DNA of 64,000 nt, taken from positions 256,001 through 320,000 of the forward strand of contig CAVSCK010000004.1 in NCBI GenBank assembly GCA_963726455.1, read 5' to 3'. The notes beneath the pieces were generated by a model. That model searched no databases. It was not told the origin of the DNA and was given only the letters and a program-made list of their open reading frames with translations. Shown in pieces: positions 27,999-37,196 of this stretch. The first letter of the stretch is position 1, and each line of letters opens with the position of its first letter. Source of the DNA: an uncultured bacterium. Its GTDB lineage: Bacteria; Zixibacteria; MSB-5A5; CAIYYT01. Both the position numbers and the translations under genes were made by a program.

Positions 27999-29015
27999 GT
28001 GGCGATCAAGTACGAGGAACTAACGTCGGTCCAGAAAGCGGCGATCGCGCTGATCGCCTTCGGCACTGAGGTTTCAGCCGAAGTGCTCAAGAGTCTCACC
28101 GACACCGAACTCGAGCGCCTGACGATTGAGATCGCCAATATGCGAGACATCCCGGGCGAAATCGAAGAACGCGTGATTCAGGAATGTTACGACATCTTCC
28201 TGGCGCGCGAGTATATCAGCCAGGGCGGTGTTGACTATGCGCGACTGCTTTTGGAGCGCGCCATCGGGTCGAACCGTGCGGTCGAGATTCTCAAGCGACT
28301 GGAGTCCTCGCTCACTACATCCGGATTCAATCTGCTAAAAGGGATCGATCCCAAGCAACTGACGAACTATATTCAGAACGAACACCCGCAAACAATATCG
28401 TTGATCCTGACCCAGCTCACACCACAGCAGGCAGCGAGTGTGCTCGCGGAATTTCCGCCGGAACTGCAATCAGAAGTGGCGTTGCGTATCGCAACCATGG
28501 AGAAGATTTCACCCGAAGTGTTGAAGGACATCGAACATACTCTAGATATGCATTTCTCCGGTTCGGCTTTTCGCGAAAGCAAGCAATCTGGCGGCGCCAA
28601 AGCGCTGGCCGATATTCTGAACTTGACGGAGACTTCCGCCGAGAAACATATCCTGCAAACTCTTGAAGCCGACAATCCTGATCTGGCAGCCGAGATCAAG
28701 AACATGATGTTCGTGTTCGAAGACATCATTCTTCTTGACGACCGCTCGATCCAGCGAATGCTTAAGGAAGTCGAGACCAAGGACGTTGCGATCGCTCTCA
28801 AGGCGGCATCGGATGACGTTAAGAACAAGGTCTATACCAACGTGTCCGAACGCGTGTCCATCATGATCAAAGAGGAAATCGAATTCATGGGTCCGATGCG
28901 TTTATCGGATGTGGAAGCGGCGCAACAGCGGATCGTTGAAACTATACGCCGTCTGGAGGAAGAGGGACAGATTGTCATCTCCGGCAGGGGAGGCAAGGAA
29001 GATGTCGTCGTCTAA
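27999..29015 (+). CDS. fliG: Flagellar motor switch protein FliG
   Basis: QKAAIALI, EHPQTI, MFVFED, GPMRLSDVEAAQ; GTG start. Confidence 0.97.
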   Translation: MAIKYEELTSVQKAAIALIAFGTEVSAEVLKSLTDTELERLTIEIANMRDIPGEIEERVIQECYDIFLAREYISQGGVDYARLLLERAIGSNRAVEILKRLESSLTTSGFNLLKGIDPKQLTNYIQNEHPQTISLILTQLTPQQAASVLAEFPPELQSEVALRIATMEKISPEVLKDIEHTLDMHFSGSAFRESKQSGGAKALADILNLTETSAEKHILQTLEADNPDLAAEIKNMMFVFEDIILLDDRSIQRMLKEVETKDVAIALKAASDDVKNKVYTNVSERVSIMIKEEIEFMGPMRLSDVEAAQQRIVETIRRLEEEGQIVISGRGGKEDVVV

Positions 29016-29658
29016 TGTCTTCTCGCATTTTTCCTGGGCGGCCGAAGCACATCCGGTCGGCAGCGAAGAGTTCATTCAACACTTCTACCGCGACAAAGAA
29101 GAGAACTCCTCCGAAGGGCTGAAGCTCAAGCAGCTACAAGAACAGCACCAGGTCGAGGTCCAGAAAGCATATCAGAACGGCTATGCTCAGGGCGAGGCGG
29201 CCGGCCTTCAGAAAGGTTTGGCCGAAGCGCGCCACGTCGAATCGCAACTAGCCGCAGCCATCAACGCGTTACTTGCGTACCAACAGAGTGTTTACGAACA
29301 AGCCCGAACCCAACTTCTGGAAATGTCATTTGCCCTGGCAGACAAGATCACAAGTGCGCGTGCGGTAGCAGAACAAGATACCGTGGTCGGAACGATTAAT
29401 CGCTGCGTCGCAGAGATCCTCGATAAGACCCGCATCAAGATCAAAGTGAGTCCCGAGCAGTATGATTTCGTCAAGTCCAAGCTCGGTGAACTCATCAGGA
29501 ATAATGAGTCCATTTCCGCAGCAGTAGTCGAGTGCGACAGCCGTGTCTCGCTCGGCGGATGCATCATCGAAACAGATTCCGGCTCCGCTGACGCTCGAAT
29601 CGAATGTCAACTGAATATGCTTCGCGATAAGTTAATTGCGCTGGAGCAAACGTCGTGA
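29002..29658 (+). CDS. fliH: Flagellar assembly protein FliH
   Basis: AYQNGYAQGEAAGLQKG (GxxxG repeats), GGCIIETDSGSADAR; lies between fliG and fliI. Confidence 0.88.
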   Translation: MSSSNVFSHFSWAAEAHPVGSEEFIQHFYRDKEENSSEGLKLKQLQEQHQVEVQKAYQNGYAQGEAAGLQKGLAEARHVESQLAAAINALLAYQQSVYEQARTQLLEMSFALADKITSARAVAEQDTVVGTINRCVAEILDKTRIKIKVSPEQYDFVKSKLGELIRNNESISAAVVECDSRVSLGGCIIETDSGSADARIECQLNMLRDKLIALEQTS

Positions 29659-31013
29659 ACGGTCAAATTGATTTTGCTCACCAGAAGGAGATTATCCAAC
29701 GAACTTCCGGGATTCGGCTCGACGGCAAAGTCTGCCGCGTTATCGGGTTGGTGGTGGAGTCGATCGGACCGCAGGTGTCGATCGGGGAGATCTGCAAGAT
29801 TTACAATCGCAGCTTGGCAAAGCCGGTACCTGCTGAAGTTGTGGGCTTCAAAGACAATCTCGTATTGCTGATGCCGCTGGGCGACATGGAAGGGATTAAT
29901 CCGGGTTCCATTGTCGAGGCCACCGGCTCGGTATTGCGCATCGGTGTCGGCGACAAATTGCTGGGCAGAATAGTCAACGGCCTTGGCGAACCGATTGACG
30001 ATCTGGGTCCGATAGATGTTAGCCACTATCAGCCAATTGTCGCGCGCGCACCGCACCCGCTCAAACGCCAACGCATTAAAGAACAGATGCACACGGGCGT
30101 TCGCGCAATTGACGTCTTTGTCAGTTGCGGTAGGGGACAGCGACTCGGAATCTTTGCCGGTTCCGGCGTTGGGAAATCCGTGTTGTTGGGTATGATTGCG
30201 AAACGTTCCTCAGCCGTCGTTAACGTTATTGCATTGATAGGCGAACGCGGCCGCGAAGTCCGTGAGTTTATCGAACGTGATTTGGGACCGGAAGGTCTGA
30301 GCCGTTCTGTTGTTGTGGCCGTGACATCGGATGAGCCATCACTAATGAAAATCAAAGGCGCCATGACGGCGACCGCGATTGCGGAATACTTTCGCAAGCA
30401 AGGCAAAGATGTGATTCTGATGCTGGACTCCATTACGCGTATCGCCTTTGCGCAACGCGAAATCGGCCTTGCCGTAGGTGAACCACCGGCCACCAAGGGC
30501 TACACGCCATCCGTGTATGCGATGTTGCCGAAACTTCTCGAACGTGCCGGAGCCGACCATACGGGATCGATCACGGGGCTGTACACGATTCTCGTCGAGG
30601 GCGACGATTTCAACGAGCCGATCTCCGACCAGGTGCGCTCGATTCTTGATGGTCACATCACCTTGTCACGGACGCTTGCGCATCGCAAGCATTATCCGGC
30701 AATTGACATTTTGCAGTCGATCTCGCGCGTGATGATCGACGTCGTTTCCGAGGAACATCGTCAGCTAGCCGGAGATGCCCGCAAAGTGCTGGCGGTCTAT
30801 TCCGAGAACGAAGATTTGATCAACATCGGCGCTTACGTCAAGGGCTCATCGGCGGATATCGACAGCGCCATTGCGAAAGTGCCGCGATTGAACGAATTCC
30901 TGCAGCAGGATATCAACGCCGAGCCGGCGCAATTCGGCGCAGACTTGGAACGATTGAAAGGTATCGTCGGTGAAAAAGTTCCGCTTCCGCCTGCAGAAAC
31001 TGCTGCAAGTTAA
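29655..31013 (+). CDS. fliI: Flagellar export ATPase FliI
   Basis: GIFAGSGVGKS Walker A, GERGREVREF, GEPPATKGYTPS. Confidence 0.97.
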   Translation: MNGQIDFAHQKEIIQRTSGIRLDGKVCRVIGLVVESIGPQVSIGEICKIYNRSLAKPVPAEVVGFKDNLVLLMPLGDMEGINPGSIVEATGSVLRIGVGDKLLGRIVNGLGEPIDDLGPIDVSHYQPIVARAPHPLKRQRIKEQMHTGVRAIDVFVSCGRGQRLGIFAGSGVGKSVLLGMIAKRSSAVVNVIALIGERGREVREFIERDLGPEGLSRSVVVAVTSDEPSLMKIKGAMTATAIAEYFRKQGKDVILMLDSITRIAFAQREIGLAVGEPPATKGYTPSVYAMLPKLLERAGADHTGSITGLYTILVEGDDFNEPISDQVRSILDGHITLSRTLAHRKHYPAIDILQSISRVMIDVVSEEHRQLAGDARKVLAVYSENEDLINIGAYVKGSSADIDSAIAKVPRLNEFLQQDINAEPAQFGADLERLKGIVGEKVPLPPAETAAS

Positions 31014-31419
31014 GACTTACAACAAGATGCAGAAACAAAAGGAGCTGTCGCAGGCGGAACGCCTGCGGCGCATGGAAGAGGCACATCTCGCAATGCTGCA
31101 AGAGCACTTGCGCAATGAATTAGCCGACCTGAAATCGCAGAAGCAAGAGAAGATCAATGTCTCACGCCTGACGCGGTCGATCTACTACCAGCAACGTCTG
31201 CTGACCAACATGGCGACTCAAGAACGAGTTATCGTGGAAGCACGCCGCAAAGAAGATGTCAAACGCGTGAAGCTGATCGAAGCGACCAAGGAAGAAAAGA
31301 CTTTCGAGAAATTGAAAGAGCGCCAGGAATTGCGATATCTAATCGAACAGGATCACTTACTGCAAAAGGAAAATGACGAGATCAGCAAGAACGTCTTCAT
31401 CAAGAACCAACAGCAGTAG
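30970..31419 (+). CDS. fliJ: Flagellar export protein FliJ
   Basis: MKKFRFRLQKLL..EKLKER..QKENDE coiled coil after fliI. Confidence 0.9.
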   Translation: MKKFRFRLQKLLQVKTYNKMQKQKELSQAERLRRMEEAHLAMLQEHLRNELADLKSQKQEKINVSRLTRSIYYQQRLLTNMATQERVIVEARRKEDVKRVKLIEATKEEKTFEKLKERQELRYLIEQDHLLQKENDEISKNVFIKNQQQ

Positions 31420-31461
31420 CGGCACGATTCCTCGCACCGCATTAAATTCCCGGAATGTTAC

Positions 31462-32688
31462 TTATAGTGATGTGACCTTGGACGAGGTCATTTCTGCTTC
31501 ATTGCCTCCCCAGGGCGACAGCACTTTGGAGAGAACGTAGAGAATTACGAAGGGCAGTACGATCAAGCCCGCTGACGTGATCAGCCCCTCGATTCCGAAC
31601 AATTCCAACTTGTACATGGTCAATCCGCGCAAGCTCTTGGAGAAGAGCTGTCCGCCGATCACGACGTTCCAGCGCGTGCTGAATATGCCGACCTGTACCA
31701 GAACTGCCGCCAGCAAGTAGGCCATTCTGCGCATCTCGTCGGGAAGTTTACCGAATCTGGCGACCGCGAGTGAAATAACCGGGATGATGGTACCCAACAC
31801 GATTTGGCTAATGATCAAACTGATAAACAGTCTGCTGGAAATCATCTGAGCGAGAATGGTGATCGATTCTTCCGACTCATACAGGCGCTGAACAAAATCG
31901 AGCATTTCCAGAGAGAAGTCCACCAGGATCGCGTAGAACAACAACTCCGCCAGCTTGTTCATGCAGGGCATGCTGACCTGCTTCCAACGGAACATAGTCG
32001 AGATCATGTATATCAAGAGCACAATGGCTATGCCGGAGACAATCGCCGAGAACAGAAACACTATCGGCATCAGCACGCTGCTCCACCATGGATTGGCTTT
32101 CACTGAGCCAAAGATAAACCCAACGTATCCATGCAGCAGGAACGCCGAAGGAATACCTATGATCGTAATGACGCGACCAATCTTGTTGTCGAAATCAATA
32201 GCGGTGGGCGATATATCAGTGGCGCCGAAAGTTAGCGTGCGATAAACATACTTTATAAAACCGGACTTGGTGCCTGCCCAGGCCACGATGTCGCGGCGAT
32301 AATCAAACCAGATTTCCAACAGCAGAACCACCATCAAATACCAGGCATAGACAAATCCAAACATTGCCATCGCCGATTGTGTGTGAGGCGTGAGAAACAT
32401 TTCGGCAAAGCGCTCGGGATGTCCGAGATGTGCCAATAGCGGAAGTGGTGCAACCAGCAAGAATGACAACGCGGTCAGAAGCGACAGCCGATATACCGGC
32501 TGCAACGCCTTCACGTTGAACACTCGTTCCAGCGATGCAAGAATGAAGGCGCCGGCGACGAGACCGGTGAGATACGGATACACGACGATCAGGATGCTCC
32601 AGTGGAGTTCGTACTCGTTGGGATACATGTAACCCGTGACGTTGGGTAGATCGGTCGCCCATCTCGTGATATCGATCATCGAAATCAT
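31462..32688 (-). CDS. NrfD/PsrC-family quinone-interacting membrane subunit
   Basis: WSILIVVYPYLTGLVAG, HLGHPER, RWNVVIGGQ; about 10 TM helices. Confidence 0.9.
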   Translation of the reverse strand: MISMIDITRWATDLPNVTGYMYPNEYELHWSILIVVYPYLTGLVAGAFILASLERVFNVKALQPVYRLSLLTALSFLLVAPLPLLAHLGHPERFAEMFLTPHTQSAMAMFGFVYAWYLMVVLLLEIWFDYRRDIVAWAGTKSGFIKYVYRTLTFGATDISPTAIDFDNKIGRVITIIGIPSAFLLHGYVGFIFGSVKANPWWSSVLMPIVFLFSAIVSGIAIVLLIYMISTMFRWKQVSMPCMNKLAELLFYAILVDFSLEMLDFVQRLYESEESITILAQMISSRLFISLIISQIVLGTIIPVISLAVARFGKLPDEMRRMAYLLAAVLVQVGIFSTRWNVVIGGQLFSKSLRGLTMYKLELFGIEGLITSAGLIVLPFVILYVLSKVLSPWGGNEAEMTSSKVTSL

Positions 32689-33473
32689 CTTACTTCCTCA
32701 TCTGCGCCTGCATAATAAACTTTGGGTCGCGTGTTCAGCCAGGATTTCAGCACCGTAACATCATTGAAGCGCAGGAATCTGCGTAGCGGACTGCTCTGCA
32801 AACCGGCTTCACCGAAAATGCGTGCCTGAGTCGGGCATACTTCGACGCAAGCGGGGACTTGACCATTGACTATCCGGTGATAGCAGAATGTGCATTTGTC
32901 TGCGACTTTCTTGACCGGGTGCAGATAGCGCGCCCCGTATGGGCAGGCCTGTATGCAATAGCGACAGCCGACGCAATAGGATTGATCGACGAGCACGACT
33001 CCGTCACGTGATTGGAATGTTGCTCCGACGGGGCACACCTGTACGCACGGAGGTTTGGCGCAATGATTGCAAAGCTTGGGAACGAAGAACGTCCTGAGGA
33101 TATCTTTTTCCTTGGCAACTTCCGGGAAACCGTCAATTCCGCCATTGGGGCTGTCGACTTGGGTCTCGCCCTGGTTGGGAACGATGTAGCGCTCGACCCA
33201 GGTGCGGAAGTAGATGGGTTCGCGCGGCACTTCGTTCTCTGTCTTGCAGGCATTGGCGCATCTGCCACAACCGATGCACTTATGAACGTCAACGCCCATC
33301 GCATAATCGTGCTGCGTGGGATCATATTTCGAGGTACTGTCAGCGGGAGCTTCCTCAGCGCCCAGCAATTCGGTCGGCTTGATGAACTTGAAAACAAGTA
33401 GCCATGCCGGGATGGTCTTGACTACCGATTCAAAGAACTCACGGCGAGGCATTTTCGGAGTTTGATCTTCCAT
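32685..33473 (-). CDS. Tat-exported 4Fe-4S dicluster protein (NrfC/DmsB-like)
   Basis: PRREFF twin-arginine motif; CIGCGRC..C, CNHC..PPCVQVCP, CVGCRYCIQACP, KCTFC..PACVEVCP. Confidence 0.92.
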   Translation of the reverse strand: MEDQTPKMPRREFFESVVKTIPAWLLVFKFIKPTELLGAEEAPADSTSKYDPTQHDYAMGVDVHKCIGCGRCANACKTENEVPREPIYFRTWVERYIVPNQGETQVDSPNGGIDGFPEVAKEKDILRTFFVPKLCNHCAKPPCVQVCPVGATFQSRDGVVLVDQSYCVGCRYCIQACPYGARYLHPVKKVADKCTFCYHRIVNGQVPACVEVCPTQARIFGEAGLQSSPLRRFLRFNDVTVLKSWLNTRPKVYYAGADEEVR

Positions 33474-34216
33474 TACCTTGCCTCCGGGAAGTGGGGATAA
33501 TGACACTGCCAGCAGACCACATCGCCGCCATGGCTGGCGAGATCGATTCGAGGAATTTCGGACGGCGAATCAGCGCCCTGAGCATGGCACTCGCCGCAAA
33601 GGTCGCGCTTCGTCGGCTTGACGGCGGCAACAGTCCGTGGTTCGAGCAAATGCTGCGGTGGAACAGTATGGCAACGAGTGCAGGGAAGGGCAGCATGTAC
33701 AGACACTGCCTTCTGGTTAACAATGCCTCGATGACACGTGCTGCATTCTTCTGCTTCCGGTTTAAGTTGCGGGCTATGGGAATTGTGACAACTCGTACAT
33801 GCCTTGCCGGGATTATGAGTCTCCGGAATTATTTGCGGAAATCCTGTTGGGCGCGATGGATTATAGGCATGGCACAGTTGGCAGTAGTCACGTCCCTTCG
33901 GTATCGAAGGCAAAGTTTCATCCGGCGCATTGGCGTGTGCCGCTGCCGCTCCGTGACAAGTTTCACAAGCCAGCCCTTTGTGGGAGCCCAGTTGCTTCGT
34001 TTGGAAAATATCATCGTGGCATTCAACACAAACTCGGTAACCGGCATAAACCGGTTTGAGCGCAGCAATCTCATCGACGGCATTTGCCCGGTAGAAACCG
34101 TATTTTCCAAATGAATCGGGCACCAAAAAATGGCGCGCGGAAACTAATGCTAACCCGGCCAGCGCAAAAAGCACGATTGGCGGTATCAGTTGGGAGGGAA
34201 TTTTACGCTGACTCAC
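33473..34216 (-). CDS. Membrane-anchored octaheme c-type cytochrome
   Basis: Eight CxxCH motifs (CVECH, CETCH, CQLCH, CTSCH, CSTCH, CTRCH, CGECH, CWQCH) after an N-terminal hydrophobic helix; TAATG coupling to the next gene. Confidence 0.9.
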   Translation of the reverse strand: MSQRKIPSQLIPPIVLFALAGLALVSARHFLVPDSFGKYGFYRANAVDEIAALKPVYAGYRVCVECHDDIFQTKQLGSHKGLACETCHGAAAAHANAPDETLPSIPKGRDYCQLCHAYNPSRPTGFPQIIPETHNPGKACTSCHNSHSPQLKPEAEECSTCHRGIVNQKAVSVHAALPCTRCHTVPPQHLLEPRTVAAVKPTKRDLCGECHAQGADSPSEIPRIDLASHGGDVVCWQCHYPHFPEAR

Positions 34217-34383
34217 TTTTCCACTTGCATTCCAGATAAAATCGAGTAGATTATAACAAGTTCACATTGGTCAGGCAAGATAATTTTTTCACAGAGTTGA
34301 AATTTTGAGTTTCTTGCCGGCCCACTTCAAATAGCAAAATAAAGAACTGACGCACTTCATAGATTTTCGAGAGGAGAACCGCC

Positions 34384-34515
34384 ATGAGTATGTGGTTGGT
34401 AGGCGTTCTGGTGTTCTTTGCCGTATCCTTGGTTGCGCTAGTGATTTCGGTGGGGCTATTCGGGTGGGTATTCTGGAGAAACAAAAACAACAGTCAGAGT
34501 ATAGATCCAAGCTAG
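34384..34515 (+). CDS. Small single-pass membrane protein (43 aa)
   Basis: GAGGAG SD 7 nt before ATG; MSMWLVGVLVFFAVSLVALVISVGLFGWVFWRNKNNSQSIDPS*. Confidence 0.55.
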   Translation: MSMWLVGVLVFFAVSLVALVISVGLFGWVFWRNKNNSQSIDPS

Positions 34516-34729
34516 AATGACAATCCAATTCAGGTAGACCGAAAGCGTAGAAGTCAGCTCAATTCCTTTCATTGAATTTACACGAGTCCCTCTGTGGGAT
34601 TTCCCAAGTCGAACATCATGCGTGCCGAAGTTGATTCGGCAACATGCAGGTAGGAGGTGTTAATCTATTCAAAGTAGGTTAACGAGTCCGGGAGACCCCG
34701 GTCTCTTGGCGACTCTTCTTCTCCCAAAG

Positions 34730-34760
34730 AAAAAGCCCTCGCAAGGTGCGAGGGCTTTTT
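34730..34760. terminator. Bidirectional rho-independent terminator
   Basis: AAAAAGCCCTCGCA-AGG-TGCGAGGGCTTTTT, 20 nt downstream of the 34780 stop. Confidence 0.85.
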
Positions 34761-34779
34761 GCTTGATAGGTGAACTTGT

Positions 34780-36870
34780 TTACTTCATCAGCATCATTTT
34801 TCGAGTCATGCTGAAATTGTCGGTGGTCAAGCGGTAGAAATAGACACCGCTCTGTACATCTCGGCCGCTCTCGTCTTTGCCGCTCCACACCGCCTGTTTT
34901 CTACCTGCGGATTCGAAGCCGTTAACGATGTCGACGACTTTCTGGCCGAGCACGTTGTATACCGTCAGGGTTACATGGCTGGGTGTCGCGAGATTGTACT
35001 CAATGACCGTCTCAGGATTGAACGGGTTGGGATAGTTCTGATTGAGACTAAAGCTGGTCGGCAGACTGCCCTGATTGTCATCCACGCCGGTCGCCTGGTC
35101 AACTATCAGGCGCACGTTGATCGTGTCCATGTCAAAGGTGACGCCGAGCGACTTCGCCGTCGCAGTCTGTTCAATGATAACCTGAGTAGTGTACGTGCCC
35201 ATTCCCAAGCCCGTAATATCGACGTTGAAAGTGACAGTCGAGGGAGAGGTGCCGGTGGTCGCTGACATAGACAACCACGGTGACGTCTCAATGGCTCCCC
35301 AATTGAACTGCATTCCCGACGGAATAGCGTTCGTGATCACAACTTCCTGTCCCGGAGGATTCTGGCCGTTCTCATGGGCGGTGAAGCGCAACGAGTCGGG
35401 AGTCAACAGGATGTCGACCGGGTTCAGTACGGTGAGATTTACCGTAAGAAGTTGAGGCGAGTTGTTGGCCTCAGGAGAAGTGACTGTAACATTGCCGGTG
35501 TATGCGCCGGGGGCCAAGCCGGTAATGTCAACATTGACTGTAAATCCGGACGGAGCCGTGCCGCTGGCGCTTGACAGCGAGAACCACGCAGTTGCTTCAG
35601 CCGCGTTCCACGTCAAGGTGCCGTTGCCGGCGTTGGTGATCACGGTTCCCTTGCCCGCAGGATTGGCGCCGCCGGCATAAGCGCTGAACGTCAGCGTATC
35701 CGGATCAATTTTCATAACCGGGACAGCGGAGGCAATCGTAAACGCGGCCGTGTCGGAACTCGCCAACGCACCCGGATCAGTTGCTGTGAAGATAATGTGT
35801 TCTGTGCCGCTCCAGGAGGGTGACGGCTTGGTGATGGTGGCGACGTGTGCCGGGCTGATTGCGACCGTGAGAGCGACGTTACCGGCATAGGTCCACACCA
35901 ATTCCGCCGGGGTGTTATCCGGGTCGGTTACGTAGCTGTCGAGATTGATCGTGGCAAAATCGGCACCGTAAGCAAGACTCTGATCGGGAATGCCAGAAAC
36001 ATGCGGCGGGTCGTTGACTGGAGTTACGGTGAATCGCGCAGTGTCTGAACCGGTTAATCCGCCCGGATCGGTCGCCGTGAATGTAAAGACGGCGCTGCCG
36101 GAGAATTCACCGGCGGAGTAGCTAATCGTTGCCACTCTGGTCGAGGGCGCAATTACGACGCTGAATCCATTGGGACTGGCAGACGTAGCTCCCCAGACCA
36201 TGGCGCTGGCCGGACTCTCGGCGTCGGTAACGTAATTATCGAGAGTAATCGTGGCGAACGTGCCGTGTTCCGCAACTGTCTGATTCGGAATATCGCTAAC
36301 GACCGGCGCCGTATTGGACGACGGACATTGCGAGCCACCGATAATGACATCGCCGGTTCCACAGTCGGAATAGCCCGGCTCGATCTTGTTGCCGATTACA
36401 GGCGAAAAGATGAACGCGCCGGCAGGGGGAACAAATGCAGAATCAATATCGACGCACTGGTATGCCGCGCCGGGAAGGATCCTCATGTACATGGTGAATA
36501 CCAGACCGTCAGTCTGCGGCGTAACCGGGGTTGAGCCGGAGAAATCGACCCAGCCGATCAGTACCAGGCCACTTGCCGGTACAAACTTCTTCTGCAGCGG
36601 TCCCGCGGCCAATATCGATCCGGCCATGCTGATTGACGTAATCTGTACGGTACTGGAGTTGTAATGGAAACCCAGTGAAAAACCGCCTAAGTCAACGTCG
36701 TTGGTGATGCGGACCGGTATAGCGACCGAGTCACCGACTACAACGGTCGGTTTTATCACCGGACAATCAATTCGCACCGAGTTGGCGGCCGGTAAAGGTG
36801 TTGATCCCAAGGTGATCTCGAATGCGAGGACAAGCATCACGAGCAAAAGGACCTTTGACTGATTTCTCAT
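34780..36870 (-). CDS. Secreted non-catalytic protein: cohesin-like + 2 cadherin-like Ig + 2 BACON-like + FlgD-Ig/T9SS-A-like C-terminal domain
   Basis: AGGAGG SD and signal peptide at 36870; VVVGDSVAIPVRITNDVDLGGFSLGFHY cohesin-like; NTAPVVSDIPNQ/NDPPHVSGIPDQ repeats; LNQNYPNPFNPETVIEY..SGVYFYRL..TRKMMLMK tail. Confidence 0.8.
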   Translation of the reverse strand: MRNQSKVLLLVMLVLAFEITLGSTPLPAANSVRIDCPVIKPTVVVGDSVAIPVRITNDVDLGGFSLGFHYNSSTVQITSISMAGSILAAGPLQKKFVPASGLVLIGWVDFSGSTPVTPQTDGLVFTMYMRILPGAAYQCVDIDSAFVPPAGAFIFSPVIGNKIEPGYSDCGTGDVIIGGSQCPSSNTAPVVSDIPNQTVAEHGTFATITLDNYVTDAESPASAMVWGATSASPNGFSVVIAPSTRVATISYSAGEFSGSAVFTFTATDPGGLTGSDTARFTVTPVNDPPHVSGIPDQSLAYGADFATINLDSYVTDPDNTPAELVWTYAGNVALTVAISPAHVATITKPSPSWSGTEHIIFTATDPGALASSDTAAFTIASAVPVMKIDPDTLTFSAYAGGANPAGKGTVITNAGNGTLTWNAAEATAWFSLSSASGTAPSGFTVNVDITGLAPGAYTGNVTVTSPEANNSPQLLTVNLTVLNPVDILLTPDSLRFTAHENGQNPPGQEVVITNAIPSGMQFNWGAIETSPWLSMSATTGTSPSTVTFNVDITGLGMGTYTTQVIIEQTATAKSLGVTFDMDTINVRLIVDQATGVDDNQGSLPTSFSLNQNYPNPFNPETVIEYNLATPSHVTLTVYNVLGQKVVDIVNGFESAGRKQAVWSGKDESGRDVQSGVYFYRLTTDNFSMTRKMMLMK

Positions 36871-37196
36871 AGGGGAGTACCTCCTAAATGTGTTTGCAAC
36901 CATTCGCTGGCCGTAATAACGCAAATGGCGTGCGCGGACTCTTCGGGGAGTAGTTTTCGGCTGTGGTTTTGTTGCACAGACAACAAGCTGTTCTTGCTCA
37001 ACACGTTCTACCAATCGCGATATAGACGTGCAACATAGGCAGATTGCTTAATGCATTAGTTTAAGGTGAAGAGCTTTGCACTATAGCTGCAAGCGTTGCA
37101 GAAATGGTGGCTTTTGGCTTGCCAAGTCCAAGGGGTTTTGCTATTTATCCGTAACAAACGCTACGAACATAGCCACTGAAAATGAGGATAGAAGAA

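Noticed and set aside
34250-34295. Two TTCACA half-sites upstream of the cytochrome operon (Rex/CRP-like)
   Set aside because: The left half-sites match TTGTGAA poorly, so no regulator can be assigned
37108-37122. TGGCTTTTGGCTTGC sigma54-like spacing before the MerB-like gene
   Set aside because: Lacks the conserved AC after TGGC; an overlapping TTGCCA-N17-TATTTA sigma70-like site explains the region equally well
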